NCBI RefSeq assembly: GCF_028641065.1
Contig: NC_073384.1
Coordinates: forward strand, 17,174,001-17,238,000
Source of the DNA: Leucoraja erinacea
Taxonomy: Eukaryota
Direction: 5' to 3'
DNA: 64,000 bases
Shown here one piece after another: positions 35,503 to 47,334 of the stretch; positions within the stretch are counted from its first letter, which is position 1; every line of letters starts with the position of its first letter. The position numbers and the translations under genes were made by a program. A model generated the notes under the pieces. The model was not told the DNA's origin. It saw only the letters and a list, made by a program, of their open reading frames with translations, and searched no databases.

Positions 35503-38500
35503 CTGCAAAGAAATCACATAATTGGAAAACATCAGGGAAACGTAATGTCAGTGCATAAGAAATCCACTTGGCCCATCGTTCTGTGTCAGTTCTTTGAAAC
35601 AGTGGTCCACTGATCCTAACCCACTCATTCCCCGGAGTCCTGCAAAAGGTACACACAGGAATTTAACATTGCTATTCAACCCACGTCCACCAGCTGACCT
35701 AAATGGCCACTGAATAAATCACAATCCCCAGAGGCACCCTGTTCCTTTAACCTTCATTGACCATTCTGATATAAATGTACTGTAATAAAGGAAGGAAGGG
35801 GAGCACCGAGTGTTCACCAGTGCGTTTATCTGGCCAATTACTGGAATACTTCCTAATGAACCAAATAAGCATAATTTAGAAATCATTAAATGTGAGCAAG
35901 CTTCAATTGGGTCCCTTTGTAACAGAGCAGAAGTGACACATAGAGAGGTCAGGGTAGCAGTGGAGTGGTGACACCAGGAAGCTCAAGGTCACTCCTGTAG
36001 ATGGAGTGTAAATACTCCACAAAGCATTCACTCCATCTGTGTAGAAAGGAACTGCAGATGCTGGTTTAAGCCGATGACAGGCACAAAGTGCTGGAGTTAC
36101 TCAGCGGGTCAGGCAGCATCTCTGGATAAAAAGGATGGGTGATGTATCGGGTTAGAACCCATGTTTACACGCTGCACAGTTACATTGCCTGAAAAACGGT
36201 TCTGACCTGAAACGTCACCTATCTTTTTTCACCAGAAATGCTGCCTGACCCGCTGAGTTACTAAAGCACTTTGTGTCAACTATGTTAATTTCCTCCGTGT
36301 GGAAGAGACCACGCGGAGAACACCAAATGCAGTACATCCGTTTGGAAAAAGTGCAAGTCATTCACTGCTTAACCTGGAAAGGCTATTTGTGTCCCTGGAC
36401 GGTGGGAAGGGAAGTGGTGAAAAGTCAAGTGTTGCTTCTCCTGTGTTTTTGCATGGAGACACGACATATGAGTGCGAATTGTTGCTGGGGACGGATGAGG
36501 TGGTGACGGGATTTTATTGGATCTGGTGAAAAATGCAAAGAATGATCGGATGAATATGGCAGGTTCCTGGGTGGAAGGTAAGGAGCAAGGGAACTATGTT
36601 CTTATCCACTCCTGGAAAGATGAAGAGTGAGAGCATAGATCAGGAGTTCCCAACCTTTTTCGTTACGCAACTTTACCCCTTACCCCTGGCAACTTTAATA
36701 GCACATAACAATGTTATTGCACTTATTTATGAACAACTAATGATGTACAGATACCAGAACCAAACACAGTCAGTCAATGAAAATAAAATGTTCAAATCCA
36801 GAATCAACAAATTTACCACCTGGGTAGATGAAATTTACACCCTGAGGGTAAATTTACCCCAGGCTGTGAACCCTTGGCATAGATGTAGGAAAAACAATAA
36901 GATGTGATTAAGGAAGAAGGAAGACATTTCAGTGGCTTCTCTTAGGGTAACATTGTTTTTTCCCATCATCATTTTGGCTCAGTTTGTCCTGCTACATGTG
37001 TCCTTCAGCACACTATTGACAACACATCTCACAGGCAAGGAAGCATAATATGCTTACAAATCATCACATTGAATTAAATCAGAGATATTTCCTTTGTACT
37101 ACCCATTCCTTCCTTCTCACAAAAATGTTTTAAGTCTTTTTTTCTTTCGCAACAGATACTGCCCGGGCCTGCTGGTGGTCACAGGAAGAACATACAAACT
37201 CCGTACAGACAGCACCCCTAGTCTGGATTGAACCTGGGTCTCTGGCGCTATAAGGCAGCAACTCTACCGCTGCGCCACTGTGCCGCGCCATTAACCATAA
37301 ATCTGTACATTTCAAAATGGTTAAGTAAAATGACAAAGATAGATTGGAATAGGGGGCTTACATTGGGGGAGGGCCAATTTCATAACATTAAGTCAGGACC
37401 TGGCAAATGTAGACGGTGAGAAACTATTTACAGTACCTGTAAGTCAAAACCTGCGCAGTGGAAAGCATTCGAAGGAGAAAGAACGAGAACTCAAAGTCAA
37501 CATATTTGTGTAAGGGTGAATGTCAAGAGTAACAAGAATAGGGAACCCAGGATGCAGAGGGTTGATAAAGAGAAAATAGGAAGCATATGGCTGGTTTTGG
37601 GAACTAAAGAAGAGAGAAGCCCTCAGAAGTATAAATAGTACTTAAAAAAGCTAGGAAGGCAAAGAGAGGTCAGGAAATAACACTGGCTGAGTGAGTTAAA
37701 GTACATTTGAAATATATTAAGGGCAAAATTAAAAACTGAGAAAAATATGACTCATTAGGGACAACAGGGGCAACCTGTACATGGATACATGATGCCCTAA
37801 ATGAGTACTTCTCGTCGGAATTCACCATGGAACAGACATTGTAGCTCGAGAACTTGGTGAAATGTATAAAGACTCAGAGCAGGTCTCTATAAATAAATAC
37901 TCAATGGCTCAGCTGGCTTGAAGGTGAACAAATCTTCGCTGGAACACAAAAATGCTGGAGAAACTCAGCGGGTGCAGCAGCATCTATGGAGCGAAGGAAA
38001 TAGGTAACGTTTTGGGCTGAAACCCTTCTTCAGACTGATAGGGGGTAGCGGGAAGAAGGGTGTTCGGCCCGAAACATTACCTATTTCCTTCGCTCCATAG
38101 ATGCTGCTGCACCCGCTGAGTTTCTCCAGCATTTTTGTGTACCTTCGATTTTCCAGCATCTGCAGTTCCTTCTTGAAATCTTCGCTGGACACAAGTTTAG
38201 TTTATAATCTTAGTTTTGTGACCTATCCAGGCAAATCAAACCAGATATGAATGGTCTGAATGACAATAAAACAAATCTAATCTAATCTAATCTAATCGCC
38301 TGGATGGGCTCCTATTGTCTCGATGGATGGGTCATCCAAGATGGTGATTGTGCTTGTGCTGGCCTGTTTACCACCGCCTGCTGAGGCTTGGTTCCTTCCT
38401 TTGTGTATCCAAGATAATCTCGTTATCTCCGTCTCAGCCTTTCCTGTCCACATCATTCGCATAGTTGTGTGATGCCCCAGTCCACAGGCCAGACAGGTTT

Positions 38501-38674
38501 GAAACTTGAAACTGCTTCTTCAGCAAATCAGTCTTTTTAAAATATCCATGTCCTTATCCGAGTTCTTCCATAATTTTGGAGGATTTGCCCCAATAACTTA
38601 CACTTGTAATGTCGATAAAAGGAGACCAAATCTTTAAGAATTGGACTGCTTTGCCTGCTAGGACGAATCTCATA

Positions 38675-38945
38675 TGAAATGAAATGAAATGAAATGATTC
38701 AATTTATTGTCATTGTCAGTGTACAGTACAGAGACAACGAAATGCATTTTTAGCATCTCCCTTGAAAGGGAGACACAGGGCGTCGCGGTGTGCCCGCGCC
38801 TGCCGCCGTAACATTCCATTACAGGCAAAGGTGGGTGAAGTGTCTTGCCCAAGGACACAACGACAGTATGCACTCCAAGCGGGATTTGAACCGGCTACCT
38901 TCCGGTCGCCAGCCGAACCCTTAGCCCATTGTGCTATCTGTCGTC
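38675..38945 (-). mobile_element. tRNA-derived SINE of a different (CORE-like) family
   Basis: Minus strand: A box TAGCACAATGG, B box GGTTCAAATCC, TGTCCTTGGGCAAGACACTTCACCC core, AATAAA and (atttc)n tail. Confidence 0.65.
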
Positions 38946-41296
38946 CTTATCATCGAGATGTAACATTTCAGACATGCTTGAAATCCACATTTTAAGCCTT
39001 GGGGTGGGTGCATTTTTCCAGAGTTTGAATATGTTTTTTTGCAGTTATCTCTAAGTCAGCTCAGAGCCGGCTTCCATTGTTCTAAAAATAATCAATTCTG
39101 TGTTGGGATCCAATTTTATTTCAAATAATTTAGTGAAGATTTCAAAAATGTATTTTCAAAATGTGTGGAATTTTATGCAGGAGAAAGGAGTGTGCCATAG
39201 TTGTGTCTTGAGATAAGCATTTATCACAGATGGGAGAAACATTTGGAAACATTTTATTCAGTTTAGTTTTCGAGTAATCAGGAGAGTTTGGACAACCTTG
39301 AATTATTTTCTCAAGAGTGTCCGAATATGATAGGACACCTGATGATGGGAACCCTTTTTTTATGAGCTATTTAGCAAATAAGTTGCTGCTTTTTGCATTC
39401 GGACTTAATTATTGTCCTTAGCATATGTTGATATATTCAGTTAGATAGTTAGATAATACTTTGGCTTTGGGCTTGGTTTTCTTAGTTGAGCACTTATCCT
39501 GAAGTTATAGCATGTACTTTGGGTTTCAATTGTAATTTATAAAATTATGACAGGCATTGCTTAGGTAGAAGCCTCCCCATGATGGAAATGTCAAATATTA
39601 AAGGGCTCAGGTCTAAGGTGAGAGGGGAAATGAACGTGCTGCCAGAAGAAGTATTGGAACCAGAAATGATAGCAACATGTGAGAGGCATTTGTACTGCCA
39701 CATTAATGGGCAAGGAATGGGCAGAGGTTTATAAACTATGTGTTAGCAGATGAGATTAGTTTTGATTGCCATCATGTTGGGCACACATGTTGGGCCAAAG
39801 AGCCTGTTCCTGTGCTATTGAACTGTTCTATGTTCTATATTCTATATTCCCTGACTTATTTTCCCCCCTGAGGACAAACTCAGAGAACAGTAATAGTTCT
39901 CTCAACTTTCACACTGTAGGTAGTTGGCATTTTACAAAGCCTTCCAATTTGTAAGTAATGAGGAAGGCAATGCAATATGTCAAACGGGATAGCATATAAA
40001 AGTAGGGACTGAAACGAAAAATGCCCAGCAGGTCACACATCTGTGGAGAGAGGAACAGAGGGAACGATTCAGATCCGAGACTCTTGGTCAGAATTTGGAG
40101 AGAGAGTTATCAAAGATTGTTTGGACCTGCTGAGTGAGGCTGGGATCTGAAACATTAAAACTCCAATAATCTGGCACACTCAGGGTTTTGTTGGAAATAG
40201 ATTGGCAAATATTTCAGACTCTTGGAGGTCACTTTGTTAATGCTCATTTATATTTTAAATTATCTTTCAAACTAAAGAAGTTAAAGAGTAATGATTTTGT
40301 CGGCTCCACCACAGCCAACAATGGACCATTGTGACCGCTACCTTTCCATAATCATTGTTGCTTTTTGCATATCTTTCATTCATTTGTTCGATGTACCTTC
40401 TATAACTCTCATTTCCCTCGTCACTGATTATCAGTCTGAACAAGGGTCTCGACCTGAACCATCACCTGTTCTTTTTTACTGGAGATGCTGCGTGACCCAT
40501 TGAGTTACTACAGCTTTTTGTGTCTATCTTTGGAGTAAACCACCATTTGTAGTTCCTTCGTACATATAGTTAAGCTGGTAAGTGATTAAGTGAGCACTGG
40601 AGGCAGAAGAGATAAGTTTAAAGGTAACCGGGGAACCAAGGGCCAGAGAGTGGATGGGGACCACAGCAAAGATCACCTGGTGAGCTAAAAGGTCGAATAA
40701 GGGATTAATAGAGTTTTCCTGAATATTGTGTATTTGAATATATTTATCCGTCCCCAGGACGTGGCCGTCACCGGCAATGGCAGCATTTATTCTCCCTCCT
40801 TAATTACCCCAAATCTCAGGACATAGTGGAGTTATGCACGGTAATTAGTTAAAAATAAATGAACCTTAGCCCATGTTTCATCCTCTGTTCTTCTAATGAC
40901 TCTCTCATTAGAACTGATAACAGGGTGGCACATTCATTGTGAGGTGCTAATACAGGAACATAACTAGAAATAGAACCAAATATAATCATATGGGTGGCAT
41001 GGGGGAGCAGCGGTAGAGTTGCTGCCTTACAGTGCCAGAGACCTGGGTTCAATCCCGCATACAGGTGCTGTCTGTATGGAGTTTGTACGTTCTCCCCGTG
41101 ACTGCGTGGGTTTCATCCGAGATCTTCGGTTTGCTCCCATACGCCAAAGACCTACAGGTTTGTAGATAATTAGCTTGGCATCAATGTAAAAAGTCCCTAG
41201 TGTGTGTAGGATAGAGTTAATGTGTAGGGATCGCTGGTCGGTGCAGACTCGGTGCGCCGAAGGGCCTGTTTCCGCGCGATATCTTTTTGGCGAATA

Positions 41297-42917
41297 GGCC
41301 TTTTTCACGGGGCGACTTGACGCAAGATGTAGCCAGAGTGAAGTGGTCGTGGTCTAGCACGATATCACATGATATAATGGGGGGGTAGACAAAGAGTTCC
41401 CACGGTACTCGGCATTTCTGTTATTTGTGCGAGTGACTTGTCCGTCTCCCGAGCTTTCCCGTTAAATCTTGAATGACATTGTAAACTGTCAAGTGTAATT
41501 AAATCATCACGTGGCACAAATGATGTCACTTTTTTTTTCACACACTATAAATATCCTCCCTTGGTTGAATTGGTATAGACACACACAAAGCAGAGTTTTA
41601 CTGTGTATGTGGGAGACACAGATGGAGTGAGCACAGTTACTCGTTCTTTACTGTGTGTGGGAGAGGGGGAGAAATAGACGTACACTCACAGAGGCAGAGT
41701 CTCTCAGCCTGCGTGAGAGGGAGGGAGGGAGAGAGAGAGAGGCACACACAAGGTGGATGTGAAATCTCACCTGCCTGTTTCAGTGACAGACACCTGCCGC
41801 CAGTAAATGAAGACTCCCCCATCTGTCTCCCCCTCCTCTCCCTCGACTCCCCCACCTTTCCCTCCCAACTCCAGTCCCGTCCCGACCCCCTGGGAAACTG
41901 AAGGGAGCAACAATTAACTGCTGCCTTCCCGCTGAGTTAAAGAGTTCCCACGATGGTAAGACGATGTTAGTTGCGCCCAAGTTTAAATTTCCAACGTGTG
42001 TTTCAGAGTAAATCAAAAACTGTCTGAATCAGCAAGTTAGACACAACATGTTGGTGTAACTCAGCAGGTAAGTCAGATCTGGGAAGAAAAACATAAAAAG
42101 CTGGAGTAAGTCAGCGTGTCAGGCAGCATCTCTGGAGAAAAAGTATAGGTGGCGATTCGAATCGGAACCCTTCTTCAGACATCCTAATCGGAATTGAGTC
42201 TGAAGATGTGTCTCGTCCCGAAACATCACTTATTTTTCTCCAGAGATGCTGCTTGACTCGCTGAGTTACTCCAGCTTTTTGTGTCTGTCTTCGTTTTAAA
42301 CCAGCATGTGCAGTTCACTCCTTTACACGGGTCTCTGGAGAACATTGATTGGTAGCGTTCCAGACCCTGCTTCGGAAAGGCATCGATCGCTGGTCGGCGA
42401 GGACTCCGAGCTGTATCTCTCAAAGAAGTACATGTGAAAAATTTCTCACGGACCATAAAAATGCGGGACCTTTCAGTAAAGTCCCTTTTAAAGATTATAG
42501 TTATTTTCTTGAATCTCATTAACATAACTCATGAATAAGTTGATGTCCATATGCGGATGCAAATATTTATTTTTTAAATTCAATCCCACAGAAGACAATT
42601 TTTACTCACCTCCTGTCCCCTCTGTCCAGCTTCCGGGTTCACCGTTTGCAGGAGTTCCCACGGTACACGCAAGAGTCAGTACGGATATCGCACTGGCCAC
42701 TACGTGCATATAATGTTGCAATATTCAACCACAAGTGTACAAGTCACTCTTGGAGAAATTCAAGCTTGTTTGAATTTTCTCCCGAGTCACCAAGTTACAC
42801 GAGTACGTGCCGTTAGCGCCACGGTGGTCCACGAATGCCGTAAGGTTATCGCAAGAGGTTCCCACGATGTTCAACTTTGGTTAACTCTTGCGTCAAGTCG
42901 TCCCGTGAAAAAGGGGT
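41297..42917. mobile_element. Non-autonomous DNA transposon with ~30-bp TIRs (PIF/Harbinger-like)
   Basis: CCTTTTTCACGGGGCGACTTGACGCAAGA at the left end and TCTTGCGTCAAGTCGTCCCGTGAAAAAGG at the right end; no ORF. Superfamily assignment is tentative. Confidence 0.75.
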
Positions 42918-42932
42918 TTAAAGAACCAATAC

Positions 42933-43071
42933 TGGTTACATTCAGCCGGGTACCATATCCAATGAATTTCCCCTAAATGTCACAGATATAATTAGCAGAG
43001 TCATTGACCTCCACCCCTCTGATGGTGGTGGTCAGTGAGCAGCTGTTACTAGCGACGTCCCTGGTCGGCAA
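42933..43071 (-). pseudogene. Decayed 3' half of a second VJ exon in gene B
   Basis: Not in the ORF track. Minus strand reads LPTRDVASNSCSLTTTIRGVEVNDSANYICDI*GKFIGYGTRLNVT. The family Trp is TAG (42973-42975), the donor is weakened to gtattg, and CR1 3'-end debris lies where the 5' half should be. Confidence 0.85.
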
Positions 43072-43495
43072 GCTTTAAAGTGAGATGGCAGTCATATGAA
43101 AGTAATTGAGGCAAGTACAACAGCAAAACTAAAAATAAATTTGGACAGATGCATAGACTGTAGAGGCTTATGGGGGTATGGGTCAAAGGAGGGCAAATGG
43201 GATTTGTGTATATTTAATAGAAGCAAGTACAATATCAAGACAAAATACATTTGGACAGCTACATAGATAGCAGACGTTTATGGGGATATGGGTCAAATGT
43301 GGGCAAAAGGTACGGGCATATGGGCATCTAGCTCGGTGTGAACGAGTTGGGTCAACAGACCTGCATATGACTCAATGATTCAGTAAATTTCTAATTATGA
43401 ATGTTTCTGTGGAACTTAAAAAACTGTATCAGGGTTCCTTATGAAATGTTAACAAAGGAACATTTGTGGAAATAGAGGCAACATAAAGTACTCAC

Positions 43496-43861
43496 TGGTT
43501 ACAATTAGCTGGGTTCCTTTTCCAAAGGTGTTCCCCCAAATGCCACAGATGTATTCATCAGAGTCATTGATCTTCACCTCTCTGATGGTCAGAAAATAGG
43601 TGTTACTGGTGATGTTCCTGGAAAGTTGAAATCGCTCAGAATAGCCTCGTGACCTGTAAACTCTAGGAACATCAGGGAACAGGGTGAGGATTATTCCATC
43701 CCATGTCAAATTATTGTGTGAGTTGTACCAGTGTCCCTGGTACTTCTCCACAGTGTATTTCACATTGCTGCTCTCCAGGGCACACCGGATTTCCACCCTT
43801 TCACCTTCATGCACCAACAGAGCTTCTGGGGATTGTATCAGGGCCATGCTTGCCTTTACAC
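43496..43861 (-). CDS. Gene B exon 2: germline-joined VJ Ig domain
   Basis: Acceptor cttttacccacag|GT and donor ACCA|gtgagt; 366 nt, phase 1-1. Encodes ALIQSP..VEIRC..GHWY..ERFQLSRNITSNTYFLTIREVKINDSDEYIC-GIWGNT-FGKGTQLIVT, with a canonical FGxG. Confidence 0.92.
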
Positions 43862-45825
43862 CTGTGGGTAAAAGCGAGTGAATGTCAGAGGGAGCAGAGC
43901 CCAGTGGATATAATGACAGTGCCAAACTGGACAGAGGCAGAGTGAGACGGGTGGTGAACTAATCGAACGGATGCATTAATGGGGTGAACAGGAGGCTGGA
44001 GGCAAGCCTGAAACAATTGGATTCAAAATTGACTTGGAGGAAGAAATCAAAGTGTATATGTTTAGAGTTGTTTTCCTTATTGGGAGTCTGTGACCAGTGG
44101 AGTGTTGTGGGGGTCAGTGCTGAGTTCACTGTTGTTTGTTATCTACATTAACAATTTGGATGATACATGGTTAACATTAGAATATAGAACAGAATAATAC
44201 AGTACAGGAACATGCCCTTCTGCCCATAATGTCTGCACCAAGCATGATGCCGCAGTAAACTAATCTCCTCTACATGCACATCATCTATATCCCTCCTCCC
44301 TCTGCATAACCATGTGCCTATCTAAAAGTCTCATAAATGCTACAATTAATTTTTTTTTTTTCTCTATCCTTTTTTTTTTGTTTCATCTCTCCCTTTTGTT
44401 TTTTTCTCTCGGGCTTTACATCTTTATGGGCTCTTTCTCTCTATTTTTTATGAACTGTCAATATCACTACAGGTATTTTATTTAACATTCCTTTTCTCTC
44501 TTTTTCTTGCTTTTGTTACTTTTTTTTACTACTAAATTTAAAACAAGAAGTTGTACATTAAATGTATTATGTTATTCATGCTTTATATTATTGTACATTG
44601 TTTCTAATAAAAATATTTATTTTTTTAATTAAAAAAAAAAAATGCTACAATTAAATGGTCCACATTTGGAGTGCATTGTAGAGTGCTGAACAGCCCATTA
44701 CAGTAAGGTTGTGGAGGCTTTAAGAGGGTACAGAAGATTATTTAAAACTAGTTTAGACAGAAGTTTAGGGGTAACATGAGGGGGAACTTCTTTACTCAGA
44801 GAGTGGTAGCTGTGTGGAATGAGCTTCGAGTGAAAGTGGTGGAGGCAGGTTCGATTTTATCATTTAAAAATAAATTGGATAGTTATATGGACGGGAAAGG
44901 AATGGAGGGTTGTGGTCTGAATGCAGGTAGATGGGACTAGGGGAGAATAAGTATTCGGCACGGACTAGAAGGGCCGAGATGGCCTGTTTCCGTGCTGTAA
45001 TTGTTATATGGTTACATGGTTATATGGTTATAAGGGGAGTTTAGACAAAGTTGGATTGCTTTCCCTGGAGAGTTGGAGACTGTGGGGAAACCTGATTAAA
45101 AATGTATAAAATTATGAGAAACATATATAGGGTAGGCAGTCAGAATATTTTTCCCAGGGTAGGAAAGTCAAATACTAGATGATGCAGCTCTAAGGTGAGA
45201 GGGGGGATGTTTAGAGGAAGTTTTGCAGGAGATATGACTAAAGTTTAAAAAACATTTAGAATGATAAATGATCAGGCTGGGAAAAGAGGGATCCTATGCA
45301 GGCAGATGGGATTCATTTAGATTGCCATTATGATCGGTAGACATCATGGGCTACATACCTGCTCCTGTGCTCTACAGTTCAATGTCTTCAGGGTATATAA
45401 GGAGCATGATGCACTCACCATGTAACTTCATTCTTGGAATACTTGCGTTCCATAACAAATGCTACAATTGTAGAATTCACACTCAATCCTGACTTTGGGA
45501 GCTGTCTGTACAGAGTTGGTACGTTCTCCCCATGACCACATGGGTTTTTCCCGAGTGCTCAAGATTCCTCCCACACTCCAAAGTCTTACAGGTTTGTAGG
45601 TTAATTGGCTTCAATAAAAATTGTAAATTGGCCCTTGTGTTTAGGATGTAACTAGTGTACGGGGATCGGGGGTCGGCTCGGAGTCAGTGGGTTGCACCGC
45701 CTATCTCTGTGCTGTATCTTTAAACTAAACTAAACTAAACTAAATGTCAGACTCACACCACATCTCATCCTATGCCAGGTTCTGTAATAGAACTTCCAAC
45801 AGTACCCAAACACACTGGTACTTAC

Positions 45826-45877
45826 CCACCACCAAACAGATGGAGAGAGTCACACCAAAAAGACATTTATCGCTCAT
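45826..45877 (-). CDS. Gene B exon 1: signal peptide (leader)
   Basis: ATG..MSDKCLFGVTLSICLVV+G|gtaagt; 52 nt, phase 1. Splices in frame to 43861, giving ...CLVVGVKA/SMALIQSP. Confidence 0.8.
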
Positions 45878-45984
45878 CTCAACAGAATGGTAGCCGGAGT
45901 TTAGTGAATGCGCAGAAATCAACTTGGGTCACAATAATGACTGTACATTCTACTTCCTTCCTCCAGCAGTAGTTGGAAATGTGG

Positions 45985-45995
45985 AAAGAGGAAGC
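45985..45995 (+). promoter_or_regulatory. PU.1/Spi-B-type ETS site upstream of gene B
   Basis: AAAGAGGAAGC, 108 bp upstream of the ATG, same orientation as in gene A. Further GGAAGT cores at about 45952 (minus) and 46035. Confidence 0.45.
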
Positions 45996-47334
45996 AGTGT
46001 CAATAGTGTTTCTGACTGTTTTTTCTTTCACAAGGGAAGTTGGTTATTTCCCGTAGCATATTGGCTTCACTGACAAAACACAAGAAAGCAAGAGGAGGAC
46101 TAGGTCACTTAGCCCCTCAAACTTTGCCCTGCCATTCAATGTGATCATGGCTGATCTACCTCGGGCTGTATCTCCTCCGTGCTGGATCCCCAGAGTCCAC
46201 AATCTCACCATCTACCTGTACTTCAAATCCTTCCAATGATTTAGTTTCCCTAACCGACTGGTGTAGAGAATTCCAGAGATTCACTGCCATCTCTAAACAA
46301 AGTGTTTTTGTGCCTTGGTTTTAAGAGTTATTCCCATTACTTGAAACACACAGACCATTCATTCGAAAATCTTCCACTGGTGAAAACGGACTCAAATAGA
46401 ACAGAGACAGGCCTTTCGATACAACATATCCATGCTGACCCCACTTGCAGAAATGCACCAATCCCATTTGCCTGCATTTGGATTGTATTCTTCCATGTCT
46501 TGCCTATTAAAGTATCTGTCAAATGTGCCTTAAATGTAGTGATTGTATCTGATTTCACCACCTCCTCTGGCAGTGAGTTCCAGATATCAACTTCCTTATA
46601 TGTAAACTTTCCTGTCAGATCTCTTTTAAAACTCCTTTCCCTCACCTGAACCCTCTGCATTCTTGGATTCTTAGAGAGCTGTACTGCATGGATACGTTTT
46701 GACCCACTTTGCCCATGCTGACTGAGCTTGCATATTGGGCTTGTCCCATTTGCCTGCATTTAGCCCTCTAAGCTCTTCCTTTCCAAATATCTTTGCAAAT
46801 TTTTTTAAAAGCAAAAATTCGATCCGCTTCAATGCCTTCATCTATCAGCTCATTTCAGATATTTCAGAAAATATTTCTCAAGTAAAATGTAGATAGTCCT
46901 ATGAGATTATCTAGTAGACTAAAAGACTGAATGAAGACTTTCAGATGGTCTTTGAGAAGGTCATAGTGGAAACAGGCCTTTCAACTCAACTTGCCCACAC
47001 CCATCAGCACGTCCTATCTACACCAGTCTGCCTGTGTTTGGCCCATATCCCTTTAAACCTGTCCTATCCATGTGTCTGTCTAATTGTTTCTTAAATGTTG
47101 CAATAGTCCCTGCCTCAACAACTTCCTCCAGCAACTCGTTCCATACACCCACCACACTTTGTGTGAAAAAGTTACCCCTCAGGTTCCTATTAAACCATTC
47201 CCACCTCACTTTAAACCTATGTCCCCTGGTTCTCAATTCCCCATCTCTGGGAAAGAGACTCTGTGTCTACCCAATCTATTCCACTCATGATTTTATACAC
47301 CTCTATAAGATCAATATGCACCTCTATAACAGTT

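Noticed and set aside
35503-42932. Additional C-domain or hinge exon in gene B's long intron
   Set aside because: Almost entirely repeats, and no phase 1-1 exon with C1 motifs was seen by eye. A small exon could have been missed.
43748-43754. CACAGTG on the plus strand inside gene B's V exon
   Set aside because: Lies in the CDR1-equivalent, with no nonamer at 12 or 23 bp; expected by chance.
1928-43861. Rearranging Ig light-chain or TCR locus
   Set aside because: V and J are already fused, and no RSS pairs or C1 exon were found in the window. Gene B appears to splice to its own TM exon. A C exon for gene A beyond the left edge cannot be excluded.
35368-43861. CD8 alpha/beta or CD28/CTLA4 identity for gene B
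   Set aside because: No Pro/Thr-rich hinge exon was found and there is no MYPPPY-like motif. The CxxxC near the membrane is not a convincing Lck-binding CxC/CxH motif.
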